DNA of 64,000 bases from positions 107,157 through 171,156 of the forward strand of contig JACPMZ010000007.1 in assembly GCA_016185705.1 (NCBI GenBank). The letters are read 5' to 3'. Position 1 is the stretch's first letter; each line of letters opens with the position of its first letter. Shown here piece after piece: positions 49,051-57,343 of the stretch. The DNA is from Candidatus Woesearchaeota archaeon. GTDB taxonomy: Archaea > Nanobdellota > Nanobdellia > Woesearchaeales > UBA10216. A program made the translations under genes and the position numbers. The notes under the pieces were generated by a model. The model had not been told where the DNA came from, made no database searches, and saw only the letters and a program-made list of their open reading frames with translations.

Positions 49051-49124
49051 AAATCTCCTTTAACTGATTTTTTTACTATTTATTGGAACCACGTTCTTTT
49101 TCATTTTTTGTTCCTCCAGAAGAA

Positions 49125-49410
49125 GCAGGCCCTTGTATTTAAGCCGGGTTGCCTTTATGTGGCCACAAAGCACGGGCTTGACTTTCAAAGACCACGCCCA
49201 AACACGGACGTGACTTTGAAAGGTTACGCCGGGACTGGGACATACTCACTGCGGTTCGTAGCCCCAGTCCCGGCTCTGTTCGCTTCGCTCACTACGCCGG
49301 GACTGGGACTTTCATTGACTCTGATGTTGTTCAGCCAGTCTTTTTTGAACCCAGACACCCTTAACGGGAACAGCCTCACTTGATTGTTCCAGGGCTGCGC
49401 GATGCCAGAT
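49125..49410 (-). ncRNA. Candidate structured ncRNA; carries RNase P RNA-like motifs GAAAGUCC (5' region) and AACCCGGCUUA (3' region)
   Basis: GC-rich, ORF-poor, 12-bp hairpins, 17-nt direct repeat; motif order and strand fit RNase P RNA P4 strands but the fold is not confirmed. Confidence 0.25.
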
Positions 49411-49760
49411 TACGCGATCCCGGCACAGGCATAAGCTGTTTGGCAGTTTATTTAAATGTGATGATTTGGGCGGGGTTGTTGCGAAAACAGCTTTTCATGC
49501 CCGCTGCTGTTCACTTTATCCAAACTTCTTTTATTTCTCACAGCGATAATTAGGGGGAGAAGAAAAGAAGCTGAACTAAGCTTTGGCACAATTGACCTAT
49601 AGGAAATAACCTTAATTTTCGTATGTTTTGAAATGATTGCAAGGTTATTTCCTAATAAGCAAATCACCTATTCGTTAGGAACAAAATTCCGATTATTAAA
49701 GTGATTTGCTATAATTACGCAACAACCCCTATTCGTATAATGAAAAAATGTTCCAATAAA

Positions 49761-50066
49761 TTATATTTCAACAAAAACCCCGTCATTTTCTACAATTACC
49801 TTGTACGCAGGCACCTTGGCGCCGGGCTGGGTCTGGGATTCGCCAGTTTCCAGGTCATATTCCCATGCGTGCAATGGGCAGGTAACTGTTTCCCCGGCTA
49901 CAAATCCTTCGCCTAAAGAACCGCCCTGATGGGCGCAGATGTTTGAGATGGCAAAAAACTTTCCTTTAATGTTGAACACCGCTATTTCTTTGCCGGCAGC
50001 TTCCACTATCTTTGAGCTGCCTTCTGGAATTTCGTTCACGTTTGCTACTTTGATTTTTTGCGGCAT
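49761..50066 (-). CDS. Rieske [2Fe-2S] domain protein (NirD-like small subunit)
   Basis: CAHQGGSL ... CPLHAWEYDL (CxH...CxxH). Confidence 0.8.
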   Translation of the reverse strand: MPQKIKVANVNEIPEGSSKIVEAAGKEIAVFNIKGKFFAISNICAHQGGSLGEGFVAGETVTCPLHAWEYDLETGESQTQPGAKVPAYKVIVENDGVFVEI

Positions 50067-50267
50067 TTTAAATTCGTCTGAAATACCTCTAATTTTCCCA
50101 CCATGCTCCTCTGCTTCTTAACCACCATCCGATGATTTTTTCCCTACCCTGAAATGTCAGGAGAGGGAAAAAAGCAGCGGGAATAAAAAAGTCCCTTGGA
50201 GCGCTTTGTGCTTAGCGAACAAACAGAAACGGAAAGTCTTATAAATATTTTGCCACGCACTATTGCT

Positions 50268-51236
50268 ATGATATGCCTTGGAATTGAGTCAACTGCACAT
50301 ACTTTCGGAGTTGGGATAGCCAATAGCAGCGGCAAAGTGCTGGCTAATGTCCTTAAGCCGGTCGTTACAAAAAAGGGCGGAATAATTCCTGCAGAAGCAT
50401 CTGACCACCACGTTAAAGTTTGTGATGAAGCTATAAAAGAGGCGCTGGCAGCTGCTAAATTTAAGCTTTCTGATGTTGGCTTAATAGCTTTCGCGCAGGG
50501 ACCGGGAATAGGGCATTGCTTAAGAGTTGGGGCAATGGCAGCAAGGAGTTTGTCATTGCTGCATAAACTGCCTTTAGTGGGAGTTAATCACTGCATAGCC
50601 CATCTTGAAATCGGCAAGCTGCTGACTGCAGCGAAGGAGCCTGTGCTTCTTTACGTTTCCGGAGCAAACACGCAGGTGATAGCGTTTGAAAGCGGAAAAT
50701 ACAGGGTGTTTGGAGAAACACTGGACATCGGAGTGGGAAACATGCTTGACGTATTCGGCAGGGAAATCGGCTTCGGCTTTCCTGCCGGGCCTAAGATAAT
50801 GGAAACTGCAGCCAAAGGAAAAAAATACGTTGAGATTCCGTACGTCATCAAAGGAATGGATGTCAGCTTTGGCGGAATCCTGACAAACGTTTCAGAGAAA
50901 GCAAGAAGCGGCAAATACAGCAAGGCAGATTTGTGCTACAGCCTGCAGGAAACAGTTTTTGCAATGCTTGTGGAAGCAGCTGAGCGCGCAATGGCCCACA
51001 CTGGCAAAAAAGAGCTGCTATTGGGAGGCGGTGTTGCTTCTAACATAAGGCTGCAGGAAATGTGCAGAATCATGTGCAGGGAAAGAAATGCGAAGATGTT
51101 TGTTCCTGAAAGGCAGTTCCTTGTGGATAATGGCGCAATGATAGCATGGCTTGGAATACTGGAACACAAAAAAGGCAAACAGACGAAAATCAAAGACTCG
51201 GGAATAAAGCCGTACTGGCGGACGGATGAGGCCTAA
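50268..51236 (+). CDS. kae1: tRNA N6-adenosine threonylcarbamoyltransferase Kae1
   Basis: MICLGIESTAHTFGVGIA N-terminus, His-pair metal site, ASKH-fold length; ORF could start as early as 50196. Confidence 0.9.
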   Translation: MICLGIESTAHTFGVGIANSSGKVLANVLKPVVTKKGGIIPAEASDHHVKVCDEAIKEALAAAKFKLSDVGLIAFAQGPGIGHCLRVGAMAARSLSLLHKLPLVGVNHCIAHLEIGKLLTAAKEPVLLYVSGANTQVIAFESGKYRVFGETLDIGVGNMLDVFGREIGFGFPAGPKIMETAAKGKKYVEIPYVIKGMDVSFGGILTNVSEKARSGKYSKADLCYSLQETVFAMLVEAAERAMAHTGKKELLLGGGVASNIRLQEMCRIMCRERNAKMFVPERQFLVDNGAMIAWLGILEHKKGKQTKIKDSGIKPYWRTDEA

Positions 51237-51439
51237 GCGGCTGCAGCAGCTTCAATAACCTTTTTTGAGTCACCAACAAATATCAGGCTCGCATTAACTA
51301 TTTCAATTGCAATCACTTTCCCGTTCTTCGCAATATCAACAACAATGCCATTAGGCAATTCCACACTTTTCCAATAATCAGCGGACTCAAGCTGTATGTT
51401 CAATATATCGTGGTTCTTATCGTAAATAGTTTCAACCAT
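51233..51439 (-). CDS. DUF2283-family small protein
   Basis: TIYDKNHDILNIQLESADYWKSVELPNGIVVDIAKNGKVIAIEIVNAS matches DUF2283 pattern. Confidence 0.55.
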   Translation of the reverse strand: MVETIYDKNHDILNIQLESADYWKSVELPNGIVVDIAKNGKVIAIEIVNASLIFVGDSKKVIEAAAAA

Positions 51440-51764
51440 TTTAATCTAAGCAAGAGGTTATTGCTTCTATATTATGCTTCCCCTTTCTTCGGTAAACTAT
51501 ACTCACGGACAATAGTTTTCATACAAATAGTTGTCCGTTCGTAATAAGCAAATGACATATCCATGTATAAAGATTTGTGTCATTTGCTATACTTTTAGCA
51601 ATCTGCCAGTTGCCGGAACTCTTGCTATAGCGTTGAATAGGCCTTCCCATGCTCTGTCTTTCAAAATTTTTGAGTTCTGTAGCGCAAACTCAATAAAATC
51701 ATCAGTCCTGCCGAAACTTTCTTTTTTTGCTCCAGTAATCACTATGCTCTATCGCCATATTAGC

Positions 51765-52103
51765 CTACCTGATTATTTTTTCCGCAACAATTTCCTTCTC
51801 GCCCCTGTAGTCCTTAACCTCTCCGACAACAGTGACGTCATCCCCGACACCGAACGTCAGCATGCTCTTGTCAAAAACAACAACTTTCGCAGTTCTCATT
51901 TCAGCGATTTCAACCAGCGCCATATTTTCAAATTCCTCAACTGCAATTACCTTTCCCCTGATTTTCACGTCTTCCAAATCAGCTCCATTCAATTCAGAAA
52001 TGCTTATCTCTTCAGCGTCTGCAAACAAAGAAATTACAAACAGCAGGAACAAGCCGATAAAGCTTGCAATAAGCGACAGTTTAACCAGCGAGCGCTCATT
52101 CAT
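51765..52103 (-). CDS. Membrane-anchored OB-fold (tRNA_anti-like) protein
   Basis: N-terminal TM helix then OB-fold-like beta-rich domain. Confidence 0.5.
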   Translation of the reverse strand: MNERSLVKLSLIASFIGLFLLFVISLFADAEEISISELNGADLEDVKIRGKVIAVEEFENMALVEIAEMRTAKVVVFDKSMLTFGVGDDVTVVGEVKDYRGEKEIVAEKIIR

Positions 52104-52149
52104 GCAATTTACTTATGCTTTGAGATTTATAAGCTTAGCCCCAAAAAAG

Positions 52150-52262
52150 CCGGAAGATATCCGGAACTTCCGAAAATTGTCCGGGCGGTTTAAAAACTTT
52201 CTGCCGAAAATTACGGCGAAAACCGGAAGATTTCCGGCTTTTCCGCAAAGTTTCCGGAAAAA
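52150..52262. promoter_or_regulatory. Three spaced palindromic CCGGAA-n5-TTCCGG-type sites in a divergent promoter region
   Basis: GCCGGAAGATATCCGGAA, ACCGGAAGATTTCCGGCT, TTTCCGGAAA at about 37-bp spacing. Confidence 0.4.
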
Positions 52263-52305
52263 ACAGGGCAAGGCATATTAATCCTAAAAACAAAAAAGAA
52301 GATGT

Positions 52306-52471
52306 GCCGGCGTTGGATAGTTTGGTAAGCCGCTGAGTTAAGAGCTCAGTGCCTGTAAAGGCTCCGGGGTTCAAATACTTTTCGGTTTTGCCGCTGGGTT
52401 GGAATTGTCAGAAATCAAAGATTTCTGAACATGGTCAGGAATCTTCGATTCCAGACATCCCCTCGCCGGCG
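52306..52471 (+). ncRNA. tRNA-like element (type II, Leu/Ser-like) with about 86-nt insertion after T-loop position 60
   Basis: Perfect 7-bp terminal pairing GCCGGCG/CGCCGGC, anticodon-like hairpin CTGAG-TTAAGAG-CTCAG, variable-arm hairpin GCCT-GTAA-AGGC, GGGG-TTCAAAT T-arm half. Confidence 0.3.
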
Positions 52472-52482
52472 CGTTACTTAAA

Positions 52483-53685
52483 ATGATGCTGGAAATTTTG
52501 GCGGCAGTGGCAATTGGAATCGTATTGGGCATATTTACGGGCTTGATTCCAGGCGTTCATGTTAATTTAGTAGCGGCAGTTATGCTAACTATTTCTCCTT
52601 TTCTGCTTCAGCACTTTTCGCCGTTGTCGCTGGCAGCAGCGATTATTGCAATGTCCATCACGCATGTATTCCTTGACTTTGTTCCGTCAATTTTTCTGGG
52701 TGCGCCGAGCGATGCTACTGCGCTTGCCGTGCTGCCCGGGCATCGGCTGTTGCTGCAGGGCAGGGGTTATGAAGCTGTGTTTTTGTCTGCGGTTGGCGGG
52801 TTTTTTGGAGTGGCTGCAATTGTCGGGCTTCTGCCGCTTATAATTCTGGCTGTGAAGCAAATTTTTGCGTTTGTAAGCCCGCATATCGGATTGATACTGC
52901 TGGGCATAGTCTTGTACAATATTGTCCGCGAAAAAGGATTCGCAAACAGGTTTTGGAGTTTTGCCGTAATTGCCCTGGCAGGAATGCTTGGAGTTTTAAC
53001 ACTAAGCATTCCCAACCTGGAGCAGCCGCTTCTTCCGCTGCTGGCAGGGCTGTTCGGGATAAGCACGCTGATGGCAGGCACCATGAGGCATGCTGCAGTG
53101 CCGATACAGCTTTTGGAAATAAAAGCAATGAATAAAGCTGCAGTAGCCAAATCAGTTGCAGCAGGAAGCTTTGCAGGCGGGCTGATGGGCATATTTCCTG
53201 CATTAGGCCCTGCGCAGGCAAGCATGCTTGCCCGCGATTTAATAGGCAAAGCAGGAAACAGGACGTATCTGGTGACGTTAGGCGCTGTAAGCACCTCATC
53301 AATGCTATTCGGGCTTGTAACGCTGTTCACAATCAACAAAGCAAGGAACGGCTCAATAGCAATGATGGCTGAGCTTGTCGCTGTCGGCAAAACAGAATTT
53401 ATTTTTTTAATAGCAGCAGCAGTAGCAGCAAGCGGAGCAGCATTAATTCTGACAATTGCCATCGGCAAATTCTTTGCAATGAACATACACAGAATCAGCT
53501 ACGAATACATCTCCTGCGCAATAATCTTTCTGATAGCTGCAATGACATTTTACTTCTCACAGCTGACAGGGCTGATAATACTTGTTACAGGCACAGCCAT
53601 AGGGCTGCTGGCAATAACAAAAAACGTAGCAAGGCACAACCTGATGAGCTGCCTTATGATGCCGGTGATATTTTATTATCTGTGA
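52483..53685 (+). CDS. TctA-family (DUF112) membrane transporter subunit
   Basis: GxxxGxIPGV motifs, about 10 TM helices, 400 aa. Confidence 0.65.
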   Translation: MMLEILAAVAIGIVLGIFTGLIPGVHVNLVAAVMLTISPFLLQHFSPLSLAAAIIAMSITHVFLDFVPSIFLGAPSDATALAVLPGHRLLLQGRGYEAVFLSAVGGFFGVAAIVGLLPLIILAVKQIFAFVSPHIGLILLGIVLYNIVREKGFANRFWSFAVIALAGMLGVLTLSIPNLEQPLLPLLAGLFGISTLMAGTMRHAAVPIQLLEIKAMNKAAVAKSVAAGSFAGGLMGIFPALGPAQASMLARDLIGKAGNRTYLVTLGAVSTSSMLFGLVTLFTINKARNGSIAMMAELVAVGKTEFIFLIAAAVAASGAALILTIAIGKFFAMNIHRISYEYISCAIIFLIAAMTFYFSQLTGLIILVTGTAIGLLAITKNVARHNLMSCLMMPVIFYYL

Positions 53686-53838
53686 CTGCTGCGCAGCTTA
53701 CTGCCTCTGTCCTTTGCTCTCAGCATATGCGGATAGGAAGAAAAAGTGCAAAAGCTGCGCCAGGAAATAAGCGCAGAGTCATCTGGCTTTGGAGACTCTC
53801 CAATAATTATTTAAATAACTTCTGAACAGCAATGCCTT

Positions 53839-54096
53839 ATGGAAGGCACAATATCAAACTTCAGAAGAGGGCGCCACACTATTCATACAAGCCAGATGAT
53901 AGTGCAAGTCAAGGGCGTTGACACCAAAGAAAAAGCAGCTGAACTTCTCGGCAAAGCCGTTGTATGGACGTCTCCGGCCAAAAAAGAGCTGAAGGGAAAA
54001 ATTATCGCTGCCCATGGCAGCAGCGGCGCGGTAAGAGCAAAGTTTGAAACCGGAATGCCCGGCCAGGCTGTTTCCCAGAAAGTCAGGATTGAATAA
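53839..54096 (+). CDS. rpl35ae: 50S ribosomal protein L35Ae
   Basis: ISNFRRGRHTIHTSQMIVQVKG...HGSSGAVRAKF signature. Confidence 0.8.
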   Translation: MEGTISNFRRGRHTIHTSQMIVQVKGVDTKEKAAELLGKAVVWTSPAKKELKGKIIAAHGSSGAVRAKFETGMPGQAVSQKVRIE

Positions 54097-54939
54097 TTAC
54101 GCTAATTTAACCCCGCCGCTGGGCAAAGCCCTTATGATTTCGTCAAGCTCTCCACCAATCCTATGCTGAATTTTTTTTGCGGCTGCAGAGGTTTTTTCGC
54201 TGCCCTGCCTTATCTCCACAAAATTTTTGCACTGCTTTCTGACAGCAGCGACCGGGCCGCACATAATTGAGCCATCATCAGCCATTCCAACTGCCAGTTT
54301 CAATTCAGCAAGCATATCAGCTGTTTTCCCCTTAATTATAAACGAGCCCTTTTCCAGGTATTCTCCGGGCTTAGGGGATCGCGATAACTGTTCAGGCTTA
54401 ACATAAAAAACGTCTGCATGCGACAATCCAAGCTTCCAAGCCCTTGAAAATGCAGCGGTTGCAATGGCAGCTTCCTCCAGCGTATTCTGACCAACCTTTT
54501 TGTTCTCAGCCTTGACAACAAAGAAGGGCGAGCCCTGCATCTGCGCATGAAAAACAATGTCATTATTTTCAGCGTGCTTCTTAACAACAATCTCATTCGT
54601 AGCAGCGTCCCGGCCGCCAACGCACAGAAAGCCCTCGCTTGAAACAAACCACCTGAACTTTTCATACCACTTCTTTTCCCTGGCGCTTTTACCGGATTTT
54701 TCAACAGCAGCAAGCCCCTTTTTTTGCAACAACAGCTCCAGCTGCTGCTGACTCTTTTCCAGAGCCTTCTCAGCGCCAGCAAGCTTTCTTTTGGCTTTTT
54801 TGGCAGCTTCAAAGTAAGATGCAGCGTTTTCATCAATTGTTTTGCGAATGTCTAAACTAATTTCCATAGCTGATAAAACTGCGGAGCGCTTTATAATTTT
54901 TTCTGCATGAGGTGGGGAAATTAATCCTGCACCAGCCAT
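54097..54939 (-). CDS. NFACT-family protein with DUF814 (NFACT-R) domain
   Basis: Coiled-coil N-terminus; VGGRDAATNE and IVFHAQMQGSPFFVVK motifs. Confidence 0.6.
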   Translation of the reverse strand: MAGAGLISPPHAEKIIKRSAVLSAMEISLDIRKTIDENAASYFEAAKKAKRKLAGAEKALEKSQQQLELLLQKKGLAAVEKSGKSAREKKWYEKFRWFVSSEGFLCVGGRDAATNEIVVKKHAENNDIVFHAQMQGSPFFVVKAENKKVGQNTLEEAAIATAAFSRAWKLGLSHADVFYVKPEQLSRSPKPGEYLEKGSFIIKGKTADMLAELKLAVGMADDGSIMCGPVAAVRKQCKNFVEIRQGSEKTSAAAKKIQHRIGGELDEIIRALPSGGVKLA

Positions 54940-55019
54940 TTATTTAATGAACCATTCTGAAACCCCTTTAACGCAATACAACCCAATATACAAACGTTTA
55001 TAAACATCCCAGCTTTTGC

Positions 55020-55622
55020 ATGCATAAAATGTTAATGGAAGTGGAGAAAATGGAGGAGCGCGAAGTTAAAAGGTCCCGGGAAGAGCATGCAATAGTGCTT
55101 GATTTCCTGCCGAACGGCTATCCGTTCCAAAGCAGGCCGGGACAGATGAGCATGCCCATAGTGCAAGCTCTCGGAAAAGAGCACATGATACTGTTGGAAC
55201 TGGTTCCCAAGAAGGATGTAAAGCTCCAGCCCCACGAGGAAGTCTACATAGGCGAGGGCAAGCGCGAGCAAATCCATCACATAAACGGAAAGCTCGCTCC
55301 TGAAAAGCTGACTTCAACAGCAAAAGCCGAGCTGGAATTTGTAGTAATGAACCTTGTCAGGAAAAAGGAGAAAGATTTCATAGACTTCTTTAATAAAGCC
55401 CAGCCGTTAAGCACAAGAATGCACAGCATTGAACTGATCCCAGGCATGGGCAAGAAAAGAATGTGGGAAATCCTGGATGAACGGCAAACAAAGCCATTTG
55501 AAAGCTTTGCGGACTTCAAAAAGCGCGTAAAGCTGCTGCCTGACATAGAAAAAAGCATCATACGCAGAATAATGCTGGAAATAACCACAGAGCAGAAGCA
55601 CTACCTTTTTGTGGACAGATAA
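55020..55622 (+). CDS. DUF655-family RNA-binding protein
   Basis: HAIVLDFLPNGYP...VYIGEGKREQIHHINGKL pattern. Confidence 0.6.
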   Translation: MHKMLMEVEKMEEREVKRSREEHAIVLDFLPNGYPFQSRPGQMSMPIVQALGKEHMILLELVPKKDVKLQPHEEVYIGEGKREQIHHINGKLAPEKLTSTAKAELEFVVMNLVRKKEKDFIDFFNKAQPLSTRMHSIELIPGMGKKRMWEILDERQTKPFESFADFKKRVKLLPDIEKSIIRRIMLEITTEQKHYLFVDR

Positions 55623-55684
55623 CCTGTTTCTGTATAGCGGCTGCAGAAAAGATTTAAATACCGAATCACGCAATATTACAAAAA

Positions 55685-56065
55685 ATGGTGACGAAATCTT
55701 TGAGGCAAATAATTGAAGAATACCGGCTGGTGCCGTATCACGTCGTTTCCGAAGGTGGCGCCGCGACATTACCTTCCCCGAAGCAGCCAGGAATAAGCGA
55801 AATATACAGCTACATCAAAAATCTGCCTTTAGAACAGCTTGAAAAAATTGCAGATAATTTTCTCGGCACAGAACACGGAGGCATAATATCCGCTCAAGCT
55901 GAAGAAATTTTTACCGTAAAGCACGAATTGGAATTTCTCGGCGTCAATTCGGTAAGTCTGCAGGCGTCAGGATACGACAAACTGGACGCAGGAGAAAGAA
56001 TTAAAATAGCCAACCACCGGGTACTTCTGTTAGCTGCTTTTTACCTTGGCCTGTATAGTAAATAA
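55685..56065 (+). CDS. Hypothetical protein (126 aa)
   Basis: ORF overlapping start of downstream PCMT-like gene. Confidence 0.4.
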   Translation: MVTKSLRQIIEEYRLVPYHVVSEGGAATLPSPKQPGISEIYSYIKNLPLEQLEKIADNFLGTEHGGIISAQAEEIFTVKHELEFLGVNSVSLQASGYDKLDAGERIKIANHRVLLLAAFYLGLYSK

Positions 56066-56951
56066 CTTTAAGAAACCGTCCCGATTCGCTGCTTCTATGC
56101 CATCAGAAATTGCGGAGACTGTTAGCGATCCGTTTGCTCGCCTGTTCGCTGAAACGATATCTTTAGGAAACGCCCGTGATAGTCATCTTTTTGGCCTTTT
56201 CGCCATTTCGCCGTTCAACCCCCTTATTCTGCGAAGATTATATCCCGAAACTGTCTTTACAGACATAAACGCGCTTCTGGAAGCGTTTAGGGAAGTTCCG
56301 CGGGATTATTATTTGCATCCTGAATTCCGCACCCTATCGCTGACAGACATAGTTATACCAATCTGGCACACTGCTGAAGCAGGCAGCATAGCAGAACAGG
56401 CGTGGGACGCATTTCAACGGCAGGATTTGGATGCAGCAGCCAAATATTGCGTGCAAATTGGGAAACTTTCTGGCGGCGTGATAAATACTTCACAACCATC
56501 CATTATGCAATTTGCCCTCGCACTGGCAAATATAAAACCAGGCTCAATCGTCAGAGAAGTGGGATCAGGATGCGGCTATAACCTGGCTTTAATGGCAAGA
56601 CTGGCTTATGATGGCCAAGTTGAGGGTATGGAAATAAATCATGCCCTGGCAAAGTATTCACAAGAAAAAATAGCGCTAACCGGATTGAAGAATATAACCG
56701 TGCAGTGCGGAGATGCCAAGGAGATTGCTCCAGCTCAGCCTTTAGACGCCATAATTGTAAGTGCAACCACTACCGAAGCAGTGGCGCTTCAAATGACAAA
56801 CCACCTAAACAACGGAGGGCGGCTGGTGGCTCCTATACAAAACGGCGATTCTCCGGGCAGTGCCAGATATCATGTTTACACGAGAGAAAATGGGCAAACA
56901 AGCCTGTTGATAACAACAACTCCTGAGGTTAATTTTGTTACCTTAAGCTGA
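56046..56951 (+). CDS. pcm: Protein-L-isoaspartate O-methyltransferase-like protein with about 120-aa N-terminal extension
   Basis: TSQPSIMQFALALANIKPGSIVREVGSGCGYNLALMA ... GGRLVAPIQ. Confidence 0.7.
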   Translation: MACIVNNFKKPSRFAASMPSEIAETVSDPFARLFAETISLGNARDSHLFGLFAISPFNPLILRRLYPETVFTDINALLEAFREVPRDYYLHPEFRTLSLTDIVIPIWHTAEAGSIAEQAWDAFQRQDLDAAAKYCVQIGKLSGGVINTSQPSIMQFALALANIKPGSIVREVGSGCGYNLALMARLAYDGQVEGMEINHALAKYSQEKIALTGLKNITVQCGDAKEIAPAQPLDAIIVSATTTEAVALQMTNHLNNGGRLVAPIQNGDSPGSARYHVYTRENGQTSLLITTTPEVNFVTLS

Positions 56952-57343
56952 TTGTTACGATACTGAACTCACTTTCTCTCATGGTGCCTAAACTTTTCCG
57001 GCTGTTCTGGCGCTGTCAGCTGAAAAACCGCCCTTTTTGCTCTCCCTGCTTTCCAACGCTCTTCCAGACCCTGAAACAAAAAATGAAGCGTTTGGGTATT
57101 GAGCAATGGCAGATGCTGCTGCCTGCTGCCCCCTAAACTCTCACTTTTGAAAATCAAGATTTATTGATTACAATATTGTAAATAATTTAATAAAAACGCT
57201 TAAAATTTTTAAGCGATATTTATTGTTAATAATTTAAGAAATAATTAAATCTTTTAATAACTTCATTACTGTATATTTTAGTAAATTATTGAAACTTTTA
57301 GTAACAATTTTATGAATCTTTCCATCAATTTAAGCTGCAATTT

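Noticed and set aside
49108-49383. 91-aa ORF inside the GC-rich structured region
   Set aside because: The region shows hairpins, direct repeats and ncRNA-like motifs. The ORF has no RBS and an implausible composition. It is treated as non-coding.
49441-49520. Possible C/D box sRNA (GTGATGA at 49457)
   Set aside because: No downstream CTGA D box and no terminal stem were found. The C-box heptamer alone is expected by chance.
51531-52193. 220-aa plus-strand ORF
   Set aside because: It overlaps the better-supported minus-strand OB-fold gene and the operator-like repeats. Its translation is a Cys/Phe/Asn-rich antisense artefact.
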